A stretch of 64,000 bases of DNA. It comes from Candidatus Peregrinibacteria bacterium. Lineage in GTDB: Bacteria; Patescibacteriota; Gracilibacteria; UBA1369. Shown here one piece after another: positions 28,873-38,229 of the stretch. The notes below the pieces were generated by a model, which saw nothing but the letters and a program-made list of their open reading frames with translations, was not told the DNA's origin and ran no database searches. Every line of letters starts with the position of its first letter. The first letter of the stretch is position 1. Position numbers and translations under genes: made by a program. The stretch covers positions 8,050 through 72,049 of the forward strand of contig JAGQLQ010000013.1 in assembly GCA_020429235.1 (NCBI GenBank). The letters are read 5' to 3'.

Positions 28873-31443
28873 TTAAGAAATACGAGGATCATATGCCGAA
28901 TCCACAACCACCACATTCATGCCATGGTACGCCATCGCGTGTGAAATTGGCAGGTGGTGTTCCTTCCCGCCCTTTGGCCACGATTCATGGAGCGCGCCAA
29001 TCGTCAAAAATGAAACCTCATCGGATGACCGCAAAACCTGATCGGCCAGATATGACGCAATAAAGGCATTATGCGCATCCATCCGATACAACAAGCTCTC
29101 TTTCCCTTCCATAATCAAATTTTTCGACTCATCAAAATCGTATCCGCGAACATCCAGGCCATTCCCTGCAACAAGCTTGGCTTGAAAAGAAGCATAATCA
29201 AACTGCTCCCGATATTCCGGAGGAACATTTTTTTTCATCTCCTCAATAGCCGTTGAAATATGCTCTTTTGGAATAGTTTTCGGAAAATCCTGCATCGAAT
29301 AGTTGCGGGGCGTTCCTTCATCATAAACAGTATCAATAAATCCGGCTTCATACGCGCGTAAAATAGCATCACGAATCTCTGCCTGAGAATCTGCAGTGGA
29401 TCGGCCTCCCCCTTCACCGGCCATTGATTGTGCTTTTTTCTCAGTTTCCGCATCAAGACTCAAACCCGGAACAGCCGGGTGAGCCTGCATAAAAAGAACG
29501 ACAGTTTTTGCATTTGGATTCGCGCTTTCCACAACATATGACGGATGAATTTCAAGTTTCTTTAATTGATCCACCGCTTCACGTAGTGAATTAGAGCCAA
29601 CTCCCTCAATCTCTTCAATCCCAACTTTCTTCACGCCGGACTTCTCCACTTCAGCTTTCATCTCTGTGGCAATCTCCTCAAATGCCGTATCAATGTGTGT
29701 TTCTTTCTTCGAGTCAAAGTCACCCCGCAGATCCTTATACGTTTTTTCCAAAGCAAAAAGATCCGGGTCTTTTGGATGATCTTTCTTGAGTTGGTCCAAA
29801 AGTTTCTTGGAATCATCCAGGATTTTTTCAACCGATTGACCGGACGCTTTCAATTTTTCATCATCTTCCATTAAAATCACCAGCTTCTCACGGAGTTTGT
29901 CCGCAGGAGATTCTGGGGCTTGTTCAACATTCTTTTTATAAAGTTTCCCATACTTTCCCTCAGGGGCTGGCGTTGGTGACGGAGCTGGTCCGGGAGCCGG
30001 ACTTGGTGTCTGTTTGTCTTCTTTTTGTCGTGCTGCCTCACGCTCATCAGCCTTTCTTTTCTCCTCTTGTTGCACCGCGGCATCATCCAGTTCACTATCC
30101 ATCGACTTCACTTTTGTCAAAATCGACTCCATATAACTGAGCGACGAATCCACCTGTTTCGACATCACGAGCAACTCATCTGTACTACTAAACTCACTTA
30201 CGAGAATTTTTTTCATATCCTTTTCAGCATAAGCAAGCCGTTGATTCACAACATCAATATCCTCTTCAGAAAAATGATTCAGTGATTCATTCCGTTTCAT
30301 CATCCTTGCCGCTGCATCATTCACACTCTTATAGGTCGTCTCCAAACTGCTTCCCAGTTTCTGTGCATACTCAATCGCCTCAACCCGAAGCGCCTCTTTC
30401 ACCCGATCAATTTGTCTGGCATCATCAGTAGAGCCAATATCCTCAGGATTTTTCTGTAAAAACATCCGATCATCCGGATTTTTCAACTTCAATCCAACGC
30501 CTTTTTCAAGCTGCTCTGCATATTTTTGAAGACCGGTAAACTCATCCTGCACGCTCTTTTTTTCATCCATCCATTCATTCGGAGAAAGCACCAGCGCCAA
30601 CGCGTGCATCTGATGTTTCCCGGTTTCCAGATCAAGCCGGTCCGGATCCTCCGGCTTTTGGTTGTCCGGTAAATTTAAAACATTTCCATAATTTTTAATG
30701 GTCTGCAAAAGATACGCGCGATAAGCAGATTCATCTTTTTGTGAAAGATTTTCCCCGGCAGCCATCAGGTAAGCGACAGCAAAACCTTCGCTTTCCTTGG
30801 CCAGTTTTAGATCTTTGACCATGTTCAGATACTTCTCCATATTCAAACCCTTTGCTGTATTTTCCAGATTTAAATGAGCATCAAAATTCAAATTCCACCC
30901 ATCATCAGAATGCTCATACACATCAACCGCCTTCTTAAACCACGCTTCTCCAAGCTTATCACTTATCATGGACCAACCAGCCAAAAAACCATTCAAGCGA
31001 TTCCGTGCCGGACTGACAGCATTCTCTTCCCCCCACCATTCATAATCAGTGATCCTCGCGTCCGAAGCATCGGGATCGGTCACTCCAAATGCCCATTCCC
31101 GCTTTTTCTGGACCTTATCAAGTCGCCCCTGCAGCGTATCTTTTAAAGAAAGAAGCTTATTCTGCATCGCGATCGACCGCTGAACCTCTTTCGACATAAA
31201 CTTACGCGCCAGCGTTTGCTTGTCCTTCTCCATATTTTTCATGGAATCCAGTCTCCCCAAAAGCCGATCGCGGGTTTGTTTCAACCACTCGATCTGCCGA
31301 TTCATATGTTCGTTGTCGGTGTATCCCTTAAAATGATCCTTTACACGCTGAATCTCTTCCCGATAAGCATCCTTAATATCGTCCGCCTTTACATCATCGC
31401 CGGCATCAATCCGAAACCCAAGTTGTTGCAGATTCATAGCCAT
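28873..31443 (-). CDS. Hypothetical protein (856 aa), third gene of orphan operon
   Basis: Long clean ORF. It has a Pro-rich linker (PSPAPGPAPSPTPAP) and a C-terminal ~270 aa globular region with QAH and GALH histidine motifs. Confidence 0.6.
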   Translation of the reverse strand: MAMNLQQLGFRIDAGDDVKADDIKDAYREEIQRVKDHFKGYTDNEHMNRQIEWLKQTRDRLLGRLDSMKNMEKDKQTLARKFMSKEVQRSIAMQNKLLSLKDTLQGRLDKVQKKREWAFGVTDPDASDARITDYEWWGEENAVSPARNRLNGFLAGWSMISDKLGEAWFKKAVDVYEHSDDGWNLNFDAHLNLENTAKGLNMEKYLNMVKDLKLAKESEGFAVAYLMAAGENLSQKDESAYRAYLLQTIKNYGNVLNLPDNQKPEDPDRLDLETGKHQMHALALVLSPNEWMDEKKSVQDEFTGLQKYAEQLEKGVGLKLKNPDDRMFLQKNPEDIGSTDDARQIDRVKEALRVEAIEYAQKLGSSLETTYKSVNDAAARMMKRNESLNHFSEEDIDVVNQRLAYAEKDMKKILVSEFSSTDELLVMSKQVDSSLSYMESILTKVKSMDSELDDAAVQQEEKRKADEREAARQKEDKQTPSPAPGPAPSPTPAPEGKYGKLYKKNVEQAPESPADKLREKLVILMEDDEKLKASGQSVEKILDDSKKLLDQLKKDHPKDPDLFALEKTYKDLRGDFDSKKETHIDTAFEEIATEMKAEVEKSGVKKVGIEEIEGVGSNSLREAVDQLKKLEIHPSYVVESANPNAKTVVLFMQAHPAVPGLSLDAETEKKAQSMAGEGGGRSTADSQAEIRDAILRAYEAGFIDTVYDEGTPRNYSMQDFPKTIPKEHISTAIEEMKKNVPPEYREQFDYASFQAKLVAGNGLDVRGYDFDESKNLIMEGKESLLYRMDAHNAFIASYLADQVLRSSDEVSFLTIGALHESWPKGGKEHHLPISHAMAYHGMNVVVVDSAYDPRIS

Positions 31444-31463
31444 TCACATGCGTTGGTCAGGAA

Positions 31464-33794
31464 CTAAGCGGTCTTTTTAGGAGCAAAGAAATCTTCCTTC
31501 TTTTTGTCCTCTTCCTTTTTCACTTCCACAATCACCTTCTTCTCCGCACCATCTTCTTTATAGGTCACGCTGTAGAATCCAGGATCCTGATCTTTCACCT
31601 TCTCCTGAACCTTCTGTGGGACATCCTCTTTTTTAAGATGATCACCCCTTTCTGCAGCTTCCGCCTTGGCAACATCAATCGGGTCTTTTGCAAAAGCCTC
31701 AAGACCTTTATCTCCGCCACCCTCTTTTGGAGCTCCGCTTGGTTGTCCACCTGGAGCCTGTGATGGCTTGGCATTCGTCGGATCTTTTTCTACCTCTCCA
31801 GAATCCTTTCGTTCAATACCAAGACCCTTTTCCCATCCAAGAACCTTTGGCATTCGCTTCTTCAAAGAGTCCAATTCTTCCTTGTTCGACTCAAGCCATG
31901 CCTTCTTATCTTCAGCTTTTTCATACGCTGCCTTCATACTCACAGCCTGTCGGTACTGCGTTGGAGAAGTTCGTGAAGCCGTATGATCAGTCATCACAAG
32001 AAGAACTTTGCTGGTATCCGCCTTATCTTTTTCAAGTTGCTCATCAACTTTTGGCTTCTTTTCTTCTTCTTTCTGCTCCTGCTTTTTTTGAGCTTTTTCC
32101 AGGTCTGATTTGTAGTTATAAGCAGCGCGGATGTTAGCGTCAATCAACTTCCGAATTCGTTCTTGAGCCTCAAGATCACCCATCAAAGCTTTCCCACCAC
32201 CAGCCAGCTGAACTTCATCACGAATTCGCTTCATAAGTTCACTATCACGACCAAGCTTGTCATTGATCATAGCCTTATACTTCTTCAAAAATTCAGGATC
32301 CTTTTTCCCATACATTTGATCAGCACCTTCCATTAGGCCGGCAATCATTGCGAGGCCCTTCCCACCAACCATATAACGAAGAGTCTCATCTCCATAAGCA
32401 CTAGAATGATCCATAATATACTTACTAATATCCAAATCATTCACATTCATTTTTGCAGAATCAAAATTCCCACCCATCATTTTCGCCAAAGTTCGTTGAG
32501 CAATTCTATCCCATTCAGATGGGTCATTACTTGCCCACATAGCTCCTTCCAATGCACTGCGAATCATTGCAAGTCGGCTCGGATCATCAATCTCTTCATT
32601 GAACTGAATCTTTCCCAAAACAGTATCAATAAAATTAGAGCGATCCTTTTCCGCCCCATGAAGGACTTCTTTTAGTTGTTCAGAATCACCATGCTCTTTT
32701 AGCCATTGGGCTGGAGAAAGAATATCCTGATCATTAGTCCCTTTATTCAACTTATCCATAAAATCTGCATCGCCCATCTTTTCTTGGACATAAGCCTGGT
32801 AGGCCTTAAACGCTCCAGGGGCATTATGCTTTTCAGAAAAATATTTATCAGCAGAAGCCATCTTTCCAAGAATATGGCCCACAGCTTTTGGCTTATCTAC
32901 AGGCGCTCCCATTCTTTCAGTAACATGCTTGAACATGCTCATATCTTTTACATTCGATTTTTCATCAGGTTGAAAAGACGCATCGTAAACAAACCAGTTA
33001 ATCTGTCTTTTATCGCCACCATTCTCAAGTCTTTGTTTTTTGATTTTTTCAACCAAAGCATCAGCAGCTTCTTTTCCTTGTTCTTCATACGTCGTTTGAA
33101 CTGTTTCGGTAAGGAAATCGAGCTGATCTGTACGGGTCCAGTTGGTTGAACCTCCAGCAGCTTTCCCTTCAACATGTTGTTGCATCTGCATCCCCTTCGC
33201 AAAATGGCTATCATCATTCAAGGGAGCAGACTGATGGAACTGAAAGTTCTTCTTTACCGATGCTTTCACAGTATCCCAGTTTCCTTCATCCTCTTTGTTT
33301 GGATGATTTTGTCGCAATTCAACATCATGCGCTTCCATCTCAAGCACAATTGATTGTCGATACTTGGTCGCCTCTTCTTTAATCTCAGCATTGCGAGCTT
33401 TTACCGCAGATTCAATCTTACCCAAAGAAGTGTCTCGCGCAGTTTCGAGCTCTTTTTTGTATTGCTTCAATTTCTCAGGAATTTTCTTTTTTTCCGCCTC
33501 AATATCAGATTTCAATTTATCCTTGTTCGGATCATCATCCTTAATCGCTGCCAATTTCGCATCAAGCATCCCCTCCAATTCTGTCTTCTTGGAATCAACT
33601 TTTCCTTTAATAATCCCATCATAGTACGTCTTGTCAGTATCAGATTTGTACTCAGTCACGGTTTCCGCCTTCTTGGCAGCTTCAATTTTTGACCCCTCTG
33701 TTTCAGAAAAAGGATTCTCAGACGGTCCACCTTCATAAACAAATCGAGGACCCATGGAAGGGACAAAGTTTGTGTGACAGTATAAAAATTTCAT
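31464..33794 (-). CDS. Hypothetical K/E-rich protein (776 aa), second gene of orphan operon
   Basis: Long clean ORF with 20-nt gaps to both neighbours and no motif I recognise. Confidence 0.6.
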   Translation of the reverse strand: MKFLYCHTNFVPSMGPRFVYEGGPSENPFSETEGSKIEAAKKAETVTEYKSDTDKTYYDGIIKGKVDSKKTELEGMLDAKLAAIKDDDPNKDKLKSDIEAEKKKIPEKLKQYKKELETARDTSLGKIESAVKARNAEIKEEATKYRQSIVLEMEAHDVELRQNHPNKEDEGNWDTVKASVKKNFQFHQSAPLNDDSHFAKGMQMQQHVEGKAAGGSTNWTRTDQLDFLTETVQTTYEEQGKEAADALVEKIKKQRLENGGDKRQINWFVYDASFQPDEKSNVKDMSMFKHVTERMGAPVDKPKAVGHILGKMASADKYFSEKHNAPGAFKAYQAYVQEKMGDADFMDKLNKGTNDQDILSPAQWLKEHGDSEQLKEVLHGAEKDRSNFIDTVLGKIQFNEEIDDPSRLAMIRSALEGAMWASNDPSEWDRIAQRTLAKMMGGNFDSAKMNVNDLDISKYIMDHSSAYGDETLRYMVGGKGLAMIAGLMEGADQMYGKKDPEFLKKYKAMINDKLGRDSELMKRIRDEVQLAGGGKALMGDLEAQERIRKLIDANIRAAYNYKSDLEKAQKKQEQKEEEKKPKVDEQLEKDKADTSKVLLVMTDHTASRTSPTQYRQAVSMKAAYEKAEDKKAWLESNKEELDSLKKRMPKVLGWEKGLGIERKDSGEVEKDPTNAKPSQAPGGQPSGAPKEGGGDKGLEAFAKDPIDVAKAEAAERGDHLKKEDVPQKVQEKVKDQDPGFYSVTYKEDGAEKKVIVEVKKEEDKKKEDFFAPKKTA

Positions 33795-33813
33795 GATGCG
33801 AGTTTTTTAGTTT

Positions 33814-34176
33814 TTATATTTTTTTCAAAATTTGTTCAGCAGCTTCACGCTCTTTCTCTTCAGCTTTTGCACGAGCCTCTTTTTGGGGCTCTTCAAAATA
33901 CTGTTTCTCAAGTTCGGTAGCCGTAATGTTAAAATCATCAATCGCCTCCTCCCGATCTTTCAAAAAGTCAGCATTAATTTTCCCAATAGCCTCCTCTTCA
34001 TGTTTCAGATGAAGATACAATTTCCGAAGTAGTCCAAAATCTTTTGCCTCAATAGCTGCATCAATTCTTGTTTTTTCTTCGACCGATAAACTCTGTACCG
34101 CCAGCGATTTTCCATAGAGATCCAGGAATCGCTCAAGGGTGAAAGAGTCGTCATGATCTGCCATCATTTGTGACAT
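33814..34176 (-). CDS. Hypothetical helical protein (120 aa), first gene of orphan operon
   Basis: Clean ORF directly downstream of an extended -10 promoter. Confidence 0.5.
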   Translation of the reverse strand: MSQMMADHDDSFTLERFLDLYGKSLAVQSLSVEEKTRIDAAIEAKDFGLLRKLYLHLKHEEEAIGKINADFLKDREEAIDDFNITATELEKQYFEEPQKEARAKAEEKEREAAEQILKKI

Positions 34177-34199
34177 AGGAAGGTTTTTAGTATCTCAAT

Positions 34200-34208
34200 A
34201 TTATAACA
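34200..34208 (-). promoter_or_regulatory. Extended -10 element (TGTTATAAT) for the 120/776/856 aa operon
   Basis: The minus strand reads TGTTATAAT about 25 nt upstream of the ATG at 34176. Confidence 0.4.
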
Positions 34209-34246
34209 CAAATCGAAAATTAAACAAATGGGACATAGATCCAAAA

Positions 34247-36493
34247 CTATCCCACGGAGAGCGCCGCGATTTCCGTACTAAACACAAATTTGGAGTCCCG
34301 AAAAGCCTGCAAAAGAGCGCTGGACTCCTCATCACTCATTTCCTGAATTAATTTCACTACATTATTGCGCACAGAATCCGGGAAGTTCCGGTAGTGAGAT
34401 AAAGCAAAATCCAACTCTTTCATCTCATCCTGCTGAACGTAACCCAACAGCTTTTGCGTAAACAGCTCTGTGTGCTCAGTATCTCCCAGCTCAATCAGCG
34501 TCACCAGCGCGTGAAGTTGAAGATGTTCATCTCCATTTTCAAGCTGTTCGTGAACATACTCTTTGTCCCATGTCGCCTTAATCGATCCCAAAATAGACAA
34601 AGTACATTCCACCGCCTTCGGATCATTCGAAGCCAAAAGTCCTGTTAAACGAGGCAGAACTTTAATCCGCATCTCTTCAAACTGCCACAGACCCGTAATC
34701 GATTCACTTTGCAGCTCCAAATATTTGCTATCCAGAAATGGCTCCAGATAAGGAATAATCCCACGATCCCGAAACGTCGCCAGTGTCTTCAAAACATTCT
34801 GCTGAATCTGCACATCCTTATCCCGCAAATGAAGTTCCAAAAAGCTCATCACATCCTCAAGGTCAAAATACTTGAGTGCCGCGATCACCTCCGACTTCAC
34901 ATACGCCGGCATTCCACTCAGCAAAACTTTCTCATAAGTCCTCAACAAATAGTGTTTCGTTACCGGCACCGCGTCCAGCCTTTTCGCCGTTTGGATAATC
35001 ATATTAATCGCGTGAATCGCCTCCAGTTTCATTTTTGGATCTTCATCCTGTTCCAAAATCTTCGTCAGATCCACAATCGTCTGGGCATTCCCAATCCCAC
35101 CCAAACTTCCGATTACCCGGGCCTTCACATTGCCCTCCAAAGTAGGAAGTTCCAGCATTCGCCGCAAATAAGGTTCGCCACTTTTAATCGAAGAAGCTTC
35201 CGAAAAAAGATCAATCGACTGAAGTTTCAAAAACTCATCCTGGCTATTCAAATTGGCTTTCAACTGGCCAAAATACAACCGTTTCATACGGATTGAAATA
35301 GGGATCAAAAGAGCCGCGACAGCAAGAATCACACCAGTATTCAGGGTCGATTCCAAAGCAATATCATTCGTGTAGAGAAGGAGGATTAACGAAAATCCAA
35401 TCATACCCAGCGAATAAAAAAGTCCATGAATCAAAAAGTGAACACCGCGTTCAAACTCTTCTGGAACCACCGACAGCATCTGACTCAAACAGATCTCATA
35501 GTAGGAAAAGTGAGAGAGCGAGAAGACCAAAAATACAGCAATAACCGCTGGATAAGTCAGTCCCATAAGTGACGCAATAAGCGTTACAGCCAGCACACTG
35601 GCAGGAAAGAAAATAAGCATGTTACTCACCCCATAGCGGAAAAGCAGGCGTCGGACCAGCATAGTACTAATAAGCCAGGCCCCCAAACTTCGCACCATGT
35701 AAACCAAACCCAGAATCTCCGTAAGTATTCCGTGCCCAAAATTTTCACCCAAAACCGTCTTCAGTTTAAAGTCGATACTAATGTGAAGTCCCACAAAAAG
35801 AATCACCACAATCATCAAAAGCCGATACAGCTTCGACTCACCAAACAGATATATCCCACCCTTTTTAATCTCATCAAAAAGGCTCGATTTATGTGCCTCA
35901 TGAAGAGTTTTCGTCAGCTCATATTTAAACTTCCGACCCACAATCGTAATCAAAATCAGAACCACAAACAAACCGGCAATAGCCAAGGTTCCAATCCCCA
36001 AAAATTCATGAATCAACTTGTACGGCTCCGCAAAAAGTGCACCCAAAACCAGCCCCAGATTCATAAATCCAAGCACAAACGGCAGGTACCGTTTGGATTG
36101 GAGAGGAGTAAAAATCGACGAAGTAAACTGCGTTAACAAACCTTCATGGAGCCACATAACCAAAAACGCGATCACAAAAAAGTAGAACGAATGAGCAAAC
36201 TCCCCAATATGCAAAAAGAGCAGTGCCACATAGTTCACGATAAAAAACAGAATCGCAGCCGCAAAAAGTTTGTCGGCCTTCATCTTCTCCGCTGCTATCG
36301 CGTTCGTCACAGAATACAAAAGCACCAATCCAGACACCGCCACAATGGAGAACGGCAAGTGTTCCGGCCCCAGCTCCAAAAGGAAAATTCCAAGCGCATG
36401 GATAAAGTTAGCCATGGCCACGAACCCCAGAAAAAACGCCAGGGTCCCCATGAAGAATTTTTTCGCGAACTCTTTTCGCATAAATAAGGGCAA
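34247..36493 (-). CDS. Polytopic MFS/nucleotide-transporter-like membrane domain fused to C-terminal HEAT-repeat domain
   Basis: About 11-12 TM helices over the first ~400 aa, followed by ~330 aa of HEAT/armadillo-like repeats (...ARVIGSLGGIGNAQTIVDL..., ...EVIAALKYF...). Confidence 0.6.
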   Translation of the reverse strand: MPLFMRKEFAKKFFMGTLAFFLGFVAMANFIHALGIFLLELGPEHLPFSIVAVSGLVLLYSVTNAIAAEKMKADKLFAAAILFFIVNYVALLFLHIGEFAHSFYFFVIAFLVMWLHEGLLTQFTSSIFTPLQSKRYLPFVLGFMNLGLVLGALFAEPYKLIHEFLGIGTLAIAGLFVVLILITIVGRKFKYELTKTLHEAHKSSLFDEIKKGGIYLFGESKLYRLLMIVVILFVGLHISIDFKLKTVLGENFGHGILTEILGLVYMVRSLGAWLISTMLVRRLLFRYGVSNMLIFFPASVLAVTLIASLMGLTYPAVIAVFLVFSLSHFSYYEICLSQMLSVVPEEFERGVHFLIHGLFYSLGMIGFSLILLLYTNDIALESTLNTGVILAVAALLIPISIRMKRLYFGQLKANLNSQDEFLKLQSIDLFSEASSIKSGEPYLRRMLELPTLEGNVKARVIGSLGGIGNAQTIVDLTKILEQDEDPKMKLEAIHAINMIIQTAKRLDAVPVTKHYLLRTYEKVLLSGMPAYVKSEVIAALKYFDLEDVMSFLELHLRDKDVQIQQNVLKTLATFRDRGIIPYLEPFLDSKYLELQSESITGLWQFEEMRIKVLPRLTGLLASNDPKAVECTLSILGSIKATWDKEYVHEQLENGDEHLQLHALVTLIELGDTEHTELFTQKLLGYVQQDEMKELDFALSHYRNFPDSVRNNVVKLIQEMSDEESSALLQAFRDSKFVFSTEIAALSVG

Positions 36494-36520
36494 AATAATC
36501 CCCTTATTCTACCACAAAAA

Positions 36521-37015
36521 TCAGTTTTTTGCCACCTTCTGTCCGCCTCCCTGCTCCTTAACCCGGTCAATGTAGAGCATCCCATCCAGATGATCCACTT
36601 CATGCTGCACAATCCGCGCATTCAAACCTTTCAACTTCAAAACATGCTCATTTCCTTTCACATCCAAAAATTTCACCGTTAACTCCGTCGCCCGTGCCAC
36701 CTTGTCAAACTTCCCCGGCAGACTCAGGCATCCCTCTTCCGCCACCTCCATCTCTTCACCCATCTCTACAATCTCTGGATTCACCATGTCCACAATCAGT
36801 TCATGATCTGTACCATTGTTAAAAAAACAGACCACCACCCGGTCATTCACGCCCACCTGCGGCGCGGCCAGACCAATCCCATTCGCGTCATGCATAGTCT
36901 CTTCCATATCCACAAAAAACTTCGACAATTTCTTCTTGTTTATTTTTTTCACCGGATCAGAAACGGTCCGCAAAATCTTGTTGTCGCTCCCTTTTTCAAT
37001 CGGAATCAGAGCCAT
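36521..37015 (-). CDS. def: Peptide deformylase
   Basis: GIGLAAPQVG, EGCLSLPG and HEVDHLDG motifs. I moved the start to MALIPIEK. Confidence 0.9.
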   Translation of the reverse strand: MALIPIEKGSDNKILRTVSDPVKKINKKKLSKFFVDMEETMHDANGIGLAAPQVGVNDRVVVCFFNNGTDHELIVDMVNPEIVEMGEEMEVAEEGCLSLPGKFDKVARATELTVKFLDVKGNEHVLKLKGLNARIVQHEVDHLDGMLYIDRVKEQGGGQKVAKN

Positions 37016-37074
37016 AAAGCAAAAGTAAAAATACGGCAGCCATTGTAGCAACAGTTCTCCAACTCGACAAATAA

Positions 37075-38163
37075 CTAAAGCTTCTTCAGCTCAGCCTCAA
37101 TAAAGCCATCCAGTTCACCATCAAAAACTTTGTCCGGATTATTTTCCTCATATCCGGTCCGATGATCTTTCACCATGGTGTACGGCTGCAAAACATACGA
37201 ACGGATCTGATTCCCCCAGGCAATTTCCTGTTTTTCCCCACGAATTTTGGCAATTTCATCAACCTGTTGCTGCTCTTTTAGGTCATGGAGTTTCGCCACC
37301 AGAATTTTCATAGCCCGCTCTTTATTCTGGAGCTGACTTCTTTCATCCTGACAGGTCACCACAATATTCGTCGGAATATGAGTGATTCGCACCGCGGAGG
37401 AAGTCTTATTCACGCTTTGCCCACCCGCCCCGGACGACCGGAACGTATCAATCCGCAAATCACCTTTATCAATCTCCTCAACTTCAGTTTCCGGCAAATC
37501 CGGCAAAACATCCACAAAAGCAAACGAAGTTTCCCGCGAATTCTTTGAATTAAAAGGCGACAGCCTCACCAACCGATGCACTCCACGTTCGCCTTTCAAA
37601 TATCCATACGCGTGCATTCCCCGCACAAAAACAGTCACACTTTTCAGCCCAACCTCTTCACCGGGCGACTTTTCCACCACTTCAACGCTAAACTCCTGAT
37701 TCTCCGCATACCGCAAGTACATGCGAAGGAGCATATCCGCAAAATCCATCGCATCCTTCCCCCCGGTCCCCGCGTGAATACTCACAATCGCATCATATTT
37801 ATCGTATCTCCCACTCAAAAACGTCTTCACTTCCAGTTTCCGCCACCCCTTTTCCAAATCTTCCACCATCGTCTTAAACTCTGCCGCAGTTTCCGGGTCC
37901 GCCTCAATATCGATCGATGGGAACAGCCCGACCAGCTCATCACAGTCATTCTTCATTTTTTCCCACTCCTCCACCTCTTTCTGCACATCACTCAACTGCT
38001 TGGAAACAAGCTGAGCCCGCTCCTGATCATTCCAAAAATCCGGATCCTGTGTTTCCGCCGTCAGCTTTTGGATCTGATCTTTCAGAGATGAAAGGTCGAT
38101 CTTCTTCAGAGCGGCAGCCACCTCTTCCACCACGGTATCAAGTGTTTGTTTATGTTCATGCAT
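37075..38163 (-). CDS. prfB: Peptide chain release factor 2, encoded in a single uninterrupted frame
   Basis: SPF tripeptide (RLSPFNS) and GGQ (SGAGGQSVN). The 362 aa are read without a frameshift site. Confidence 0.9.
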   Translation of the reverse strand: MHEHKQTLDTVVEEVAAALKKIDLSSLKDQIQKLTAETQDPDFWNDQERAQLVSKQLSDVQKEVEEWEKMKNDCDELVGLFPSIDIEADPETAAEFKTMVEDLEKGWRKLEVKTFLSGRYDKYDAIVSIHAGTGGKDAMDFADMLLRMYLRYAENQEFSVEVVEKSPGEEVGLKSVTVFVRGMHAYGYLKGERGVHRLVRLSPFNSKNSRETSFAFVDVLPDLPETEVEEIDKGDLRIDTFRSSGAGGQSVNKTSSAVRITHIPTNIVVTCQDERSQLQNKERAMKILVAKLHDLKEQQQVDEIAKIRGEKQEIAWGNQIRSYVLQPYTMVKDHRTGYEENNPDKVFDGELDGFIEAELKKL

Positions 38164-38229
38164 ACCAAAAGTTTAGCACAAACTTTTCAATCTATGGTAG
38201 AGTAGCTCCGCCGCGATTAATCGAACCAC

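Noticed and set aside
37075-38163. A programmed +1 frameshift in prfB, and alternative genetic code (UGA recoding).
   Set aside because: The RF2 ORF is continuous and full length. All housekeeping genes translate cleanly under the standard code.
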